From: Balanoglossus misakiensis
Taxonomy: Eukaryota; Animalia; Hemichordata
Length of the DNA stretch: 64,000 bases
Assembly: GCA_040954595.2 (NCBI GenBank)
Contig: CM082585.2
Span: 7,155,808-7,219,807, forward strand
Direction: 5' to 3'
The notes beneath the pieces were generated by a model. That model was not told the DNA's origin and made no database searches. It saw only the letters and a program-made list of their open reading frames with translations. The translations under genes were made by a program, and so were the position numbers. Positions 15,001 to 28,042 of the stretch are shown in pieces. Each line of letters begins with the position of its first letter. Positions within the stretch are counted from its first letter, which is position 1.

Positions 15001-18000
15001 GAAAAATTGTCATTTCTGGGTGATTTTCATGAGCTATAACCCATGGTTTTTATCAAAAATTGAAGAAATTTCGAAATTCCGGGAAGTCGAAAAATTGTCA
15101 TTTCTGGGTGATTTTCATGAGCTATAACCCATGGTTTTTATCAAAAATTGAAGAAATTTCGAAATTCCGGGAAGTCGAAAAATTGTCATTTCTGGGTGAT
15201 TTTCATGAGCTATAACCCATGGTTTTTATCAAAATTGAAGAAATTTAGAAATTCCGGGAAGTCGAAAAATTGTCATTTCTGGGTGATTTTCATGAGCTAT
15301 AACCCATGGTTTTTATCAAAAATTGAAGAAATTTCGAAATTCCGGGGAAGTCGAAAAATTGTCATTTCTGGGTGATTTTCATGAGCTATAACCCATGGTT
15401 TTTATCAAAAATTGAAGAAATTTCGAAATTCCGGGAAGTCGAAAAATTGTCATTTCTGGGTGATTTTCATGAGCTATAACCCATGGTTTTTATCAAAAAT
15501 TGAAGAAATTTCGAAATTCCGGGAAGTCGAAAAATTGTCATTTCTGGGTGATTTTCATGAGCTATAACCCATGGTTTTTATCAAAAATTGAAGAAATTTC
15601 GAAATTCCGGAAGTCGAAAAATTGTCATTTCTGGGTGATTTTCATGAGCTATAACCCATGGTTTTTATCAAAAATTGAAGAAATTTCGAAATTCCGGGAA
15701 GACGAAAAATTGTCATTTCTGGGTGATTTTCATGAGCTATAACCCATGGTTTTTATCAAAAATTGAAGAAATTTCGAAATTCCGGGAAGTCGAAAAATTG
15801 TCATTTCTGGGTGATTTTCATGAGCTATAACCCATGGTTTTTATCAAAAATTGAAGAAATTTCGAAATTCCGGGAAGTCGAAAAATTGTCATTTCTGGGT
15901 GATTTTCATGAGCTATAACCCATGGTTTTTATCAAAAATTGAAGAAATTTCGAAATTCCGGGAAGTCGAAAAATTGTCATTTCTGGGTGATTTTCATGAG
16001 CTATAACCCATGGTTTTTATCAAAAATTGAAGAAATTTCGAAATTCCGGGAAGTCGAAAAATGGTCATTTCTGGGTGATTTTCATGAGCTATAACCCATG
16101 GTTTTTATCAAAAATTGAAGAAATTTCGAAATTCCGGGAAGACGAAAAATTGTCATTTCTGGGTGATTTCATGAGCTATAACCCATGGTTTTTATCAAAA
16201 ATTGAAGAAATTTCGAAATTCCGGGAAGTCGAAAATTGTCATTTCTGGGTGATTTTCATGAGCTATAACCCATGGTTTTTATCAAAAATTGAAGAAATTT
16301 CGAAATTCCGGGAAGTCGAAAAATTGTCATTTCTGGGTGATTTTCATGAGCTATAACCCATGGTTTTTATCAAAAATTGAAGAAATTTCGAAATTCCGGG
16401 AAGTCGAAAAATTGTCATTTCTGGGTGATTTTCATGAGCTATAACCCATGGTTTTTATCAAAAATTGAAGAAATTTCGAAATTCCGGGAAGTCGAAAAAT
16501 GGTCATTTCTGGGTGATTTTCATGAGCTATAACCCATGGTTTTTATCAAAAATTGAAGAAATTTCGAAATTCCGGGAAGTCGAAAAATGGTCATTTCTGG
16601 GTGATTTTCATGAGCTATAACCCATGGTTTTTATCAAAAATTGAAGAAATTTCGAAATTCCGGGAAGTCGAAAAATGGTCATTTCTGGGTGATTTTCATG
16701 AGCTATAACCCATGGTTTTTATCAAAAATTGAAGAAATTTAGAAATTCCGGGAAGTCGAAAAATTGTCATTTCTGGGTGATTTTCATGAGCTATAACCCA
16801 TGGTTTTTATCAAAAATTGAAGAAATTTCGAAATTCCGGGAAGTCGAAAAATTGTCATTTCTGGGTGATTTTCATGAGCTGTAACCCATGGTTTTTATCA
16901 AAAATTGAAAAATTTCGAAATTGCGGGAAGTCGAAAAATTGTCATTTCTGGGTGATTTTCATGAGCTATAACCCATGGTTTTTATCAAAAATTGAAGAAC
17001 TTTCGAAATTGCGGGAAGACGAAAAATTGTCATTTCTGGGTGATTTTCATGAGCTATAACCCATGGTTTTTATCAAAAATTGAAGAACTTTCGAAATTCC
17101 GGGAAGTCGAAAAATTGTCATTTCTGGGTGATTTTCATGAGCTATAACCCATGGTTTTTATCAAAAATTGAAGAACTTTCGAAATTCCGGGAAGTCGAAA
17201 AATTGTCATTTCTGGGTGATTTTCATGAGCTATAACCCATGGTTTTTATCAAAAATTGAAGAAATTTCGAAATTCCGGGAAGTCGAAAAATTGTCATTTC
17301 TGGTGATTTTCATGAGCTATAACCCATGGTTTTTATCAAAAATTGAAGAAATTTCGAAATTCCGGGAAGTCGAAAAATTGTCATTTCTGGGTGATTTTCA
17401 TGAGCTATAACCCATGGTTTTTATCAAAAATTGAAGAAATTTCGAAATTCCGGGAAGTCGAAAATTGTCATTTCTGGGTGATTTTCATGAGCTATAACCC
17501 ATGGTTTTTATCAAAAATTGAAGAAATTTCGAAATTCCGGGAAGTCGAAAAATTGTCATTTCTGGGTGATTTTCATGAGCTATAACCCATGGTTTTTATC
17601 AAAAATTGAAGAAATTTCGAAATTCCGGGAAGTCGAAAAATTGTCATTTCTGGGTGATTTTCATGAGCTATAACCCATGGTTTTTATCAAAAATCGAAGA
17701 AATTTCGAAATTCCGGGAAGTCGAAAAATTGTCATTTCTGGGTGATTTTCATGAGCTATAACCCATGGTTTTTATCAAAAATTGAAGAAATTTCGAAATT
17801 CCGGGAAGTCGAAAAATTGTCATTTCTGGGTGATTTTCATGAGCTATAACCCATGGTTTTTATCAAAAATTGAAGAAATTTCGAAATTCCGGGAAGTCGA
17901 AAAATTGTCATTTCTGGGTGATTTTCATGAGCTATAACCCATGGTTTTATCAAAAATTGAAGAAATTTCGAAATTCCGGGAAGTCGAAAAATTGTCATTT

Positions 18001-21000
18001 CTGGGTGATTTTCATGAGCTATAACCCATGGTTTTTATCAAAAATTGAAGAAATTTCGAAATTCCGGGAAGTCGAAAAATTGTCATTACTGGGTGATTTT
18101 CATGAGCTATAACCCATGGTTTTTATCAAAAATTGAAGAAATTTCGAAATTCCGGGAAGTCGAAAAATTGTCATTTCTGGGTGATTTTCATGAGCTATAA
18201 CCCATGGTTTTTATCAAAAATTGAAGAAATTTCGAAATTCCGGGAAGTCGAAAAATTGTCATTTCTGGGCGATTTTCATGAGCTATAACCCATGGTTTTT
18301 ATCAAAAATTGAAGAAATTTCGAAATTCGGAAGTCGAAAAATTGTCATTTCTGGGCGATTTTCATGAGCTATAACCCATGGTTTTTATCAAAAATTGAAG
18401 AAATTTCGAAATTCCGGGAAGTCGAAAAATTGTCATTTCTGGGCGATTTTCATGAGCTATAACCCATGTTTTTATCAAAAATTGAAGAAATTTCGAAATT
18501 CCGGGAAGTCGAAAATTGTCATTTCTGGGTGATTTTCATGAGCTATAACCCATGGTTTTATCAAAAATTGAAGAAATTTCGAAATTCCGGGAAGTCGAAA
18601 AATTGTCATTTCTGGGTGATTTTCATGAGCTATAACCCATGGTTTTTATCAAAAATTGAAGAAATTTCGAAATTCCGGGAAGTCGAAAAATTGTCATTTC
18701 TGGGTGATTTTCATGAGCTATAACCCATGGTTTTTATCAAAAATCGAAGAAATTTCGAAATTCCGGGAAGTCGAAAAATTGTCATTTCTGGGTGATTTTC
18801 ATGAGCTATAACCCATGGTTTTATCAAAAATTGAAGAAATTTCGAAATTCCGGGAAGTCGAAAAATTGTCATTTCTGGGTGATTTTCATGAGCTATAACC
18901 CATGGTTTTTATCAAAAATTGAAGAAATTTCGAAATTCCGGGAAGTCGAAAAAATTGTCATTTCTGGGTGATTTTCATGAGCTATAACCCATGGTTTTTA
19001 TCAAAATTGAAGAAATTTCGAAATTCCGGGAAGTCGAAAAATTGTCATTTCTGGGCGATTTTCATGAGCTATAACCCATGGTTTTTATCAAAAATTGAAG
19101 AAATTTCGAAATTCCGGGAAGTCGAAAAATTGTCATTTCTGGGCGATTTTCATGAGCTATAACCCATGGTTTTTATCAAAAATTGAAGAAATTTCGAAAT
19201 TCCGGGAAGTCGAAAAATTGTCATTTCTGGGTGATTTTCATGAGCTATAACCCATGGTTTTTATCAAAAATTGAAGAAATTTCGAAATTCCGGGAAGTCG
19301 AAAAATTGTCATTTCTGGGTGATTTTCATGAGCTATAACCCATGGTTTTTATCAAAAATTGAAGAAATTTCGAAATTCCGGGAAGTCGAAAAATTGTCAT
19401 TTCTGGGTGATTTTCATGAGCTATAACCCATGGTTTTTATCAAAAATCGAAGAAATATCGAAATTCCGGGAAGTCGAAAAATTGCCATTTCTGGGTGATT
19501 TTCATGAGCTATAACCCATGGTTTTTATCAAAAATCGAAGAAATTTCGAAATTCCGGGAAGTCGAAAAATTGCCATTTCTGGGTGATTTTCATGAGCTAT
19601 AACCCATGGTTTTTATCAAAAATTGAAGAAATTTCGAAATTCCGGGAAGTCGAAAAATTGCCATTTCTTGGTGATTTTCATGAGCTATAACCCATGGTTT
19701 TTATCAAAAATTGAAGAAATTTCGAAATTCCGGGAAGTCGAAAAATTGTCATTTCTGGGTGATTTTCATGAGCTATAACCCATGGTTTTTATCAAAAATT
19801 GAAGAAATTTCGAAATTCCGGGAAGTCGAAAAATGGTCATTTCTGGGTGATTTTCATGAGCTATAACCCATGGTTTTTATCAAAAATTGAAGAAATTTCG
19901 AAATTCCGGGAAGTCGAAAAATTGTCATTTCTGGGTGATTTTCATGAGCTATAACCCATGGTTTTATCAAAATTGAAGAAATTTCGAAATTCCGGGAAGT
20001 CGAAAAATTGTCATTTCTGGGTGATTTTCATGAGCTATAACCCATGGTTTTTATCAAAAATTGAAGAAATTTCGAAATTCCGGGAAGTCGAAAAATTGTC
20101 ATTTCTGGGTGATTTTCATGAGCTATAACCCATGGTTTTTATCAAAAATTGAAGAAATTTCGAAATTCCGGGAAGTCGAAAAATTGTCATTTCTGGGTGA
20201 TTTTCATGAGCTATAACCCATGGTTTTTATCAAAAATTGAAGAAATTTCGAAATTCCGGGAAGTCGAAAAATTGTCATTTCTGGGCGATTTTCATGAGCT
20301 ATAACCCATGGTTTTTATCAAAAATTGAAGAAATTTCGAAATTCCGGGAAGTCGAAAAATTGTCATTTCTGGGTGATTTTCATGAGCTATAACCCATGGT
20401 TTTTATCAAAAATTGAAGAAATTTCGAAATTCCGGGAAGTCGAAAAATTGTCATTTCTGGGTGATTTTCATGAGCTATAACCCATGGTTTTTATCAAAAA
20501 TTGAAGAAATTTCGAAATTCCGGGAAGTCGAAAAATTGTCATTTCTGGGTGATTTTCATGAGCTATAACCCATGGTTTTTATCAAAAATTGAAGAAATTT
20601 CGAAATTCCGGGAAGTCGAAAAATTGTCATTTCTGGGTGATTTTCATGAGCTATAACCCATGGTTTTTATCAAAAATCGAAGAAATATCGAAATTCCGGG
20701 AAGTCGAAAAATTGCCATTTCTGGGTGATTTTCATGAGCTATAACCCATGGTTTTTATCAAAAATCGAAGAAATTTCGAAATTCCGGGAAGTCGAAAAAT
20801 TGCCATTTCTGGGTGATTTTCATGAGCTATAACCCATGGTTTTTATCAAAAATTGAAGAAATTTCGAAATTCCGGGAAGTCGAAAAATTGCCATTTCTTG
20901 GTGATTTTCATGAGCTATAACCCATGGTTTTTATCAAAAATTGAAGAAATTTCGAAATTCCGGGAAGTCGAAAAATTGTCATTTCTGGGTGATTTTCATG

Positions 21001-24000
21001 AGCTATAACCCATGGTTTTTATCAAAAATTGAAGAAATTTCGAAATTCCGGGAAGTCGAAAAATGGTCATTTCTGGGTGATTTTCATGAGCTATAACCCA
21101 TGGTTTTTATCAAAAATTGAAGAAATTTCGAAATTCCGGGAAGTCGAAAAATGGTCATTTCTGGGTGATTTTCATGAGCTATAACCCATGGTTTTTATCA
21201 AAAATTGAAGAAATTTCGAAATTCCGGGAAGTCGAAAAATTGTCATTTCTGGGTGAGTTTTTCATGAGCTATAACCCATGGTTTTTATCAAAAATTGAAG
21301 AAATTTCGAAATTCCGGGAAGTCGAAAAATTGTCATTTCTGGGTGATTTTCATGAGCTATAACCCATGGTTTTTATCAAAAATTGAAGAAATTTCGAAAT
21401 TCCGGGAAGTCGAAAAATTGTCATTTCTGGGTGATTTTCATGAGCTATAACCCATGGTTTTTATCAAAAATTGAAGAAATTTCGAAATTCCGGGAAGTCG
21501 AAAAATGGTCATTTCTGGGTGATTTTCATGAGCTATAACCCATGGTTTTTATCAAAAATTGAAGAAATTTCGAAATTCCGGGAAGTCGAAAAATTGTCAT
21601 TTCTGGGTGATTTTCATGAGCTATAACCCATGGTTTTTATCAAAAATTGAAGAAATTTCGAAATTCCGGGAAGTCGAAAAATTGTCATTTCTGGGTGATT
21701 TTCATGAGCTATAACCCATGGTTTTTATCAAAAATCGAAGAAATTTCGAAATTGCGGGAAGTCGAAAAATTGTCATTTCTGGGTGATTTTCATGAGCTAT
21801 AACCCATGGTTTTTATCAAAAATTGAAGAAATTTCGAATTCCGGGAAGTCGAAAAATTGTCATTTCTGGGTGATTTTCATGAGCTATAACCCATGGTTTT
21901 TATCAAAAATTGAAGAAATTTCGAAATTGCGGGAAGTCGAAAAATTGTCATTTCTGGGTGATTTTCATGAGCTATAACCCATGGTTTTTATCAAAAATTG
22001 AGAAATTTCGAAATTCCGGGAAGTCGACAAATTGTCATTTCTGGGTGATTTTCATGAGCTATAACCCATGGTTTTTATCAAAAATTGAAGAAATTTCGAA
22101 ATTCCGGGAAGTCGAAAAATTGTCATTTCTGGGTGATTTTCATGAGCTATAACCCATGGTTTTTATCAAAAATTGAAGAAATTTCGAAATTCCGGGAAGT
22201 CGAAAAATTGTCATTTCTGGGTGATTTTCATGAGCTATAACCCATGGTTTTTATCAAAAATTGAAGAAATTTCGAAATTCCGGGAAGTCGAAAAATTGTC
22301 ATTTCTGGGTGATTTTCATGAGCTATAACCCATGGTTTTTATCAAAAATTGAAGAAATTTCGAAATTCCGGGAAGTCGAAAAATTGTCATTTCTGGGTGA
22401 TTTTCATGAGCTATAACCCATGTTTTTATCAAAAATTGAAGAATTTCGAAATTCCGGGAAGTCGAAAAATTGTCATTTCTGGGTGATTTTCATGAGCTAT
22501 AACCCATGGTTTTTATCAAAAATTGAAGAAATTTCGAAATTCCGGGAAGTCGAAAAATTGTCATTTATGGGTGATTTTCATGAGCTATAACCTATGGTTT
22601 TTATCAAAAATTGAAGAAATTTCGAAATTCCGGGAAGTCGAAAAATTGTCATTTCTGGGTGATTTTCATGAGCTATAACCCATGGTTTTTATCAAAAATT
22701 GAAGAAATTTCTAAATTCCGGGAAGTCGAAAAATTGTCATTTCTGGGTGATTTTCATGAGCTATAACCCATGGATTTTATCAAAAATTGAAGAAATTTCT
22801 AAATTCCGGGAAGTCGAAAAATTGTCATTTCTGGGTGATTTTCATGAGCTATAACCCATGGATTTTATCAAAAATTGAAGAAATTTCGAAATTCCGGGAA
22901 GTCGAAAAATTGTCATTTCCATGGTTTTTATCAAAAATTGAAGAAATTTCGAAATTCCGGGAAGTCGAAAAATTGTCATTTCTGGGTGATTTTCATGAGC
23001 TATAACCCATGGTTTTTATCAAAAATTGAAGAAATTTCGAAATTCCGGGAAGTCGAAAAATTGTCATTTCTGGGTGATTTTCATGAGCTATAACCCATGG
23101 TTTTTATCAAAAATTGAAGAAATTTCGAAATTCCGGAAGTCGAAAAATTGTCATTTCTGGGTGATTTTTATGAGCTATAACCCATGGTTTTTATCAAAAA
23201 TTGAAGAAATTTCGAAATTCCGGGAAGTCGAAAAATTGTCATTTCTGGGTGATTTTCATGAGCTATAACCCATGGTTTTTATCAAAAATTGAAGAAATTT
23301 CGAAATTCCGGGAAGTCGAAAAATTGTCATTTCTGGGTGATTTTCATGAGCTATAACCCATGGTTTTTATCAAAAATTGAAGAAATTTCGAAATTCCGGG
23401 AAGTCGAAAAATTGTCATTTCTGGGTGATTTTCATGAGCTATAACCCATGGTTTTTATCAAAAATTGAAGAAATCTCGAAATTCCGGGAAGTCGAAAAAT
23501 TGTCATTTCTGGGTGATTTTCATGAGCTATAACCCATGGTTTTTATCAAAAATTGAAAAATCTCGAAATTCCGGGAAGTCGAAAAATTGTCATTTCTGGG
23601 TGATTTTCATGAGCTATAACCCCTGGTTTTTATCAAAAATTGAAGAAATCTCGAAATTCCGGGAAGTCGAAAAATTGTCATTTCTGGGTGATTTTCATGA
23701 GCTATAACCCCTGGTTTTTATCAAAAATTGAAGAAATCTCGAAATTCCGGGAAGTCGAAAAATTGTCATTTCTGGGTGATTTTCATGAGCTATAACCCAT
23801 GGTTTTTATCAAAAATTGAAGAAATTTCTAAATTCCGGGAAGTCGAAAAATTGTCATTTCTGGGTGATTTTCATGAGCTATAACCCATGGTTTTTATCAA
23901 AAATTGAAGAAATTTCTAAATTCCGGGAAGTCGAAAAATTGTCATTTCTGGGTGATTTTCATGAGCTATAACCCATGGTTTTTATCAAATATTGAAGAAA

Positions 24001-26924
24001 TTTCGAAATTCCGGGAAGTCGAAAAATTGTCATTTCTGGGTGATTTTCATGAGCTATAACCCATGGTTTTTATCAAAAATTGAAGAAATTTCGAAATTCC
24101 GGGAAGTCGAAAAATTGTCATTTCTGGGTGATTTTCATGAGCTATAACCCATGGTTTTTGTCAAAAATTGAAGAAATTTCGAAATTCCGGGAAGTCGAAA
24201 AATTGTCATTTCTGGGTGATTTTCATGAGCTATAACCCATGGTTTTTGTCAAAAATTGAAGAAATTTCGAAATTCCGGGAAGTCGAAAAATTGTCATTTC
24301 TGGGTGATTTTCATGAGCTATAACCCATGGTTTTTATCAAAAATTGAAGAAATTTCGAAATTCCGGGAAATCGAAAAATTGTCATTTCTGGGTGATTTTC
24401 ATGAGCTATAACCCATGGTTTTTATCAAAAATTGAAGAAATTTCGAAATTCCGGGAAGTCGAAAAATTGTCATTTCTGGGTGATTTTCATGAGCTATAAC
24501 CCATGGTTTTTATCAAAAATTGAAGAAATTTCGAAATTCCGGGAAGTCGAAAAATTGTCATTTCTGGGTGATTTTCATGAGCTATAACCCATGGTTTTTA
24601 TCAAAAATTGAAGAAATTTCGAAATTCCGGGAAGTCGAAAAATTATCATATCTGGGTGATTTTCATGAGCTATAACCCATGGTTTTTATCAAAAATTGAA
24701 GAAATTTAGAAATTCCGGGAAGTCGAAAAATTGTCATTTCTGGGTGATTTTCATGAGCTATAACCCATGGTTTTTATCAAAAATTGAAGAAATTTAGAAA
24801 TTCCGGGAAGTCGAAAAATTGTCATTTCTGGGTGATTTTCATGAGCTATAACCCATGGTTTTTATCAAAAATTGAAGAAATTTCGAAATTCCGGGAAGTC
24901 GAAAAATTGTCATTTCTGGGTGATTTTCATGAGCTATAACCCATGGTTTTTATCAAAAATTGAAGAAATTTCGAAATTCCGGGAAGTCGAAAAATTGTCA
25001 TTTCTGGGTGATTTTCATGAGCTATAACCCATGGTTTTTATCAAAAATTGAAGAAATTTCGAAATTCCGGGAAGTCGAAAAATTGTCATTTCTGGGTGAT
25101 TTTCATGAGCTATAACCCATGGTTTTTATCAAAAATTGAAGAAATTTCGAAATTCCGGGAAGTCGAAAAATTGTCATTTCTGGGTGATTTTCATGAGCTA
25201 TAACCCATGGTTTTTATCAAAAATTGAAGAAATTTCGAAATTCCGGGAAGTCGAAAAATTGTCATTTCTGGGCGATTTTCATGAGCTATAACCCATGGTT
25301 TTTATCAAAAATTGAAGAAATTTCGAAATTCCGGGAAGTCGAAAAATTGTCATTTCTGGGTGATTTTCATGAGCTATAACCCATGGTTTTTATCAAAAAT
25401 TGAAGAAATTTCGAAATTCCGGGAAGTGGAAAAATTGTCATTTCTGGACGATTTCCATGAGCTATAACCCATGGTTTTTTATCAAAAATTTAAGAAATTT
25501 CGAAATTCCCGGAAGTCGAAAAATTGTCATTTCTGTACGATTTTCATGAGCTATAACCCATGGTTTTTTATCAAAAATTGAAGAAATTTCGAAATTCCGG
25601 GAAGTCGAAAAATTGTCATTTCTGGACGATTTTCATGAGCTATAACCCATGGTTTTTATCAAAAATTGAAGAAATTTCGAAATTCCGGGAAGTCGAAAAA
25701 TTGTCATTTCTGGGTGATTTTCATGAGCTATAACCCATGGTTTTTATCAAAAATTGAAGAAATTTCGAAATTGCGGGAAGTCGAAAAATTGTCATTTCTG
25801 GGTGATTTTCATGAGCTATAACCCATGGTTTTTATCAAAAATTGAAGAAATTTCGAAATTGCGGGAAGTCGAAAAATTGTCATTTCTGGGTGATTTTCAT
25901 GAGCTATAACCCATGGTTTTTATCAAAAATTGAAGAAATTTCGAAATTCCGGGAAGTCGAAAAATTGTCATTTCTGGGTGATTTTCATGAGCTATAACCC
26001 ATGGTTTTTATCAAAAATTGAAGAAATTTCGAAATTCCGGGAAGTCGAAAAATTGTCATTTCTGGGTGATTTTCATGAGCTATAACCCATGGTTTTTATC
26101 AAAAATTGAAGAAATTTCGAAATTCCGGGAAGTCGAAAAATTGTCATTTCTGGGTGATTTTCATGAGCTATAACCCATGGTTTTTATCAAAAATTGAAGA
26201 AATTTCGAAATTCCGGGAAGTCGAAAAATTGTCATTTCTGGGTGATTTTCATGAGCTATAACCCATGGTTTTTATCAAAAATTGAAGAAATTTCGAAATT
26301 CCGGGAAGTCGAAAAATTGTCATTTCTGGGTGATTTTCATGAGCTATAACCCATGGTTTTTATCAAAAATTGAAGAAATTTCGAAATTCCGGGAAGTCGA
26401 AAAATTGTCATTTCTGGGTGATTTTCATGAGCTATAACCCATGGTTTTTATCAAAAATTGAAGAAATTTCGAAATTCCGGGAAGTCGAAAAATTGTCATT
26501 TCTGGGTGATTTTCATGAGCTATAACCCATGGTTTTTATCAAAAATTGAAGAAATTTTGAAATTGCGGGAAGTCGAAAAATTATCATTTCTGGGTGATTT
26601 TCATGAGCTATAACCCGTGATTTTTATCAAAAATTGAAGAAATTTTGAAATTGCGGGAAGTCGAAAAATTATCATTTCTGGGTGATTTTCATGAGCTATA
26701 ACCCATGATTTTTATCAAAAATTGAAGAAATTTTGAAATTGCGGGAAGTCGAAAAATTGTCATTTCTGGACGATTTTCATGAGCTATAACCCATGCTTTT
26801 TATCAAAAATTGAAGAAATTTCGAAATTCCGGGAAGTCGAAAAATTGTCATTTCTGGACGATTTTCATGAGCTATAACCCATGATTTTTATCAAAAATTG
26901 AAGAAATTTTGAAATTCCGGGAAG
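1..26924 (+). repeat. Tandem satellite DNA array, 88-bp monomer, ~305 copies, truncated by left edge of window
   Basis: Monomer TTATCAAAAATTGAAGAAATTTCGAAATTCCGGGAAGTCGAAAAATTGTCATTTCTGGGTGATTTTCATGAGCTATAACCCATGGTTT repeats head-to-tail. Most copies are identical or carry 1-2 substitutions; divergence rises in the last ~1.5 kb. Confidence 0.99.
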
Positions 26925-28042
26925 ACCATTTATCGATTTTGCGAAATCTCAAAAATGACCATTTTTCGACTTTTTGAAATCTCAAAATTTCGTCCATTTT
27001 TGAAAAAAATCATCGGTTATAGCTCATGAAAATCATCAAAAAATGACCATTTTTCGACTTTGCGAAATCTCAGAATTTCGTCGATTTTTGATAAATATGG
27101 GTTATAGCTCATGAAAATCATCAAAAAATGACCATTTTTCGACTTTGCGAAATCTCAAAATTTCGTCGATTTTTTTAAAAAAAATCATGGGTTATAGCTC
27201 AAGAAAACCATCAAAAAATGACCATTTTTCGACTTTGCGAAATCTCAAAATTTCGTCCATTTTTGAAAAAAAATCATGGGTTATAGCTCATGAAAATCAT
27301 CCAAAAATGACCATTTTTTGACTTTACGAAATCTCAAAATTTCGTCCATTTTTGAAAAAAACATGGGTTATAGCTCATGGAAATCATCCAAAAATGACCA
27401 ATTTTCAACTTTGCGAAATCTCAAAATTTCGTCGATTTTTGAAAAAAATCATGGGTTATAGCTCATGAAAATCATCAAAAATTGACCATTTTTCGACTTT
27501 GCGAAATCTCAAAATTTCGTTGATGTTTGAAAAAAATCATGGGTTATAGCTCATGAAAATCATCAAAAAATGACAATTTTTCGACTTTGCGAAATCTCAA
27601 AATTTCGTCGATTTTTGAACAAAAATCATGGGTTATAGCTCATGAAAATCATCAAAAAATGACCATTTTTCGACTTTGAAAATTTTCGAAAATTCTTCAT
27701 TTTCGATAAAAATCATGGGTTATAGCTCATGAAAATCATCAAAAAATGACCATTTTTCGACTTTGCGAAATCTCAAAATTTCGACGATTTTTGAAAAAAA
27801 ATCATGGGTTATAGCTCATGAAAATCATCAAAAATTGACAATTTTTCGACAATTTGAAATCTCAAAATTTCGACGATTTTTGAAAAAAATCATGGGTTAT
27901 AGCTCATGAAAATCATCAAAAAATGACCATTTTTCGACTTTGAAAATTTTCGAAAATTCTTCATTTTTGATAAAAATCATGGGTTATAGCTCATGAAAAT
28001 AATCAAAAAATGACCATTTTTCGACTTTGCGAAATCTCAAAA
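26925..28042 (-). repeat. Inverted, diverged block of the same 88-bp satellite family (~12-13 monomers)
   Basis: Unit AAAAATCATGGGTTATAGCTCATGAAAATCATCAAAAAATGACCATTTTTCGACTTTGCGAAATCTCAAAATTTCGTCGATTTTTGAA aligns without gaps to the reverse complement of the main monomer with 13 differences in 88 (hand count, ~85%). Confidence 0.96.

Noticed and set aside
6788-23707. Dozens of near-identical ORFs (MKKFRNSGKSKNCHFWVIFMSYNPW...)
   Set aside because: Translations of the 88-bp satellite, extended by 1-bp indels; mostly TTG/GTG starts, no splice or domain evidence.
1-28042. CRISPR-like array
   Set aside because: Repeats are contiguous with no unique spacers, no cas genes are present, and the context is eukaryotic.
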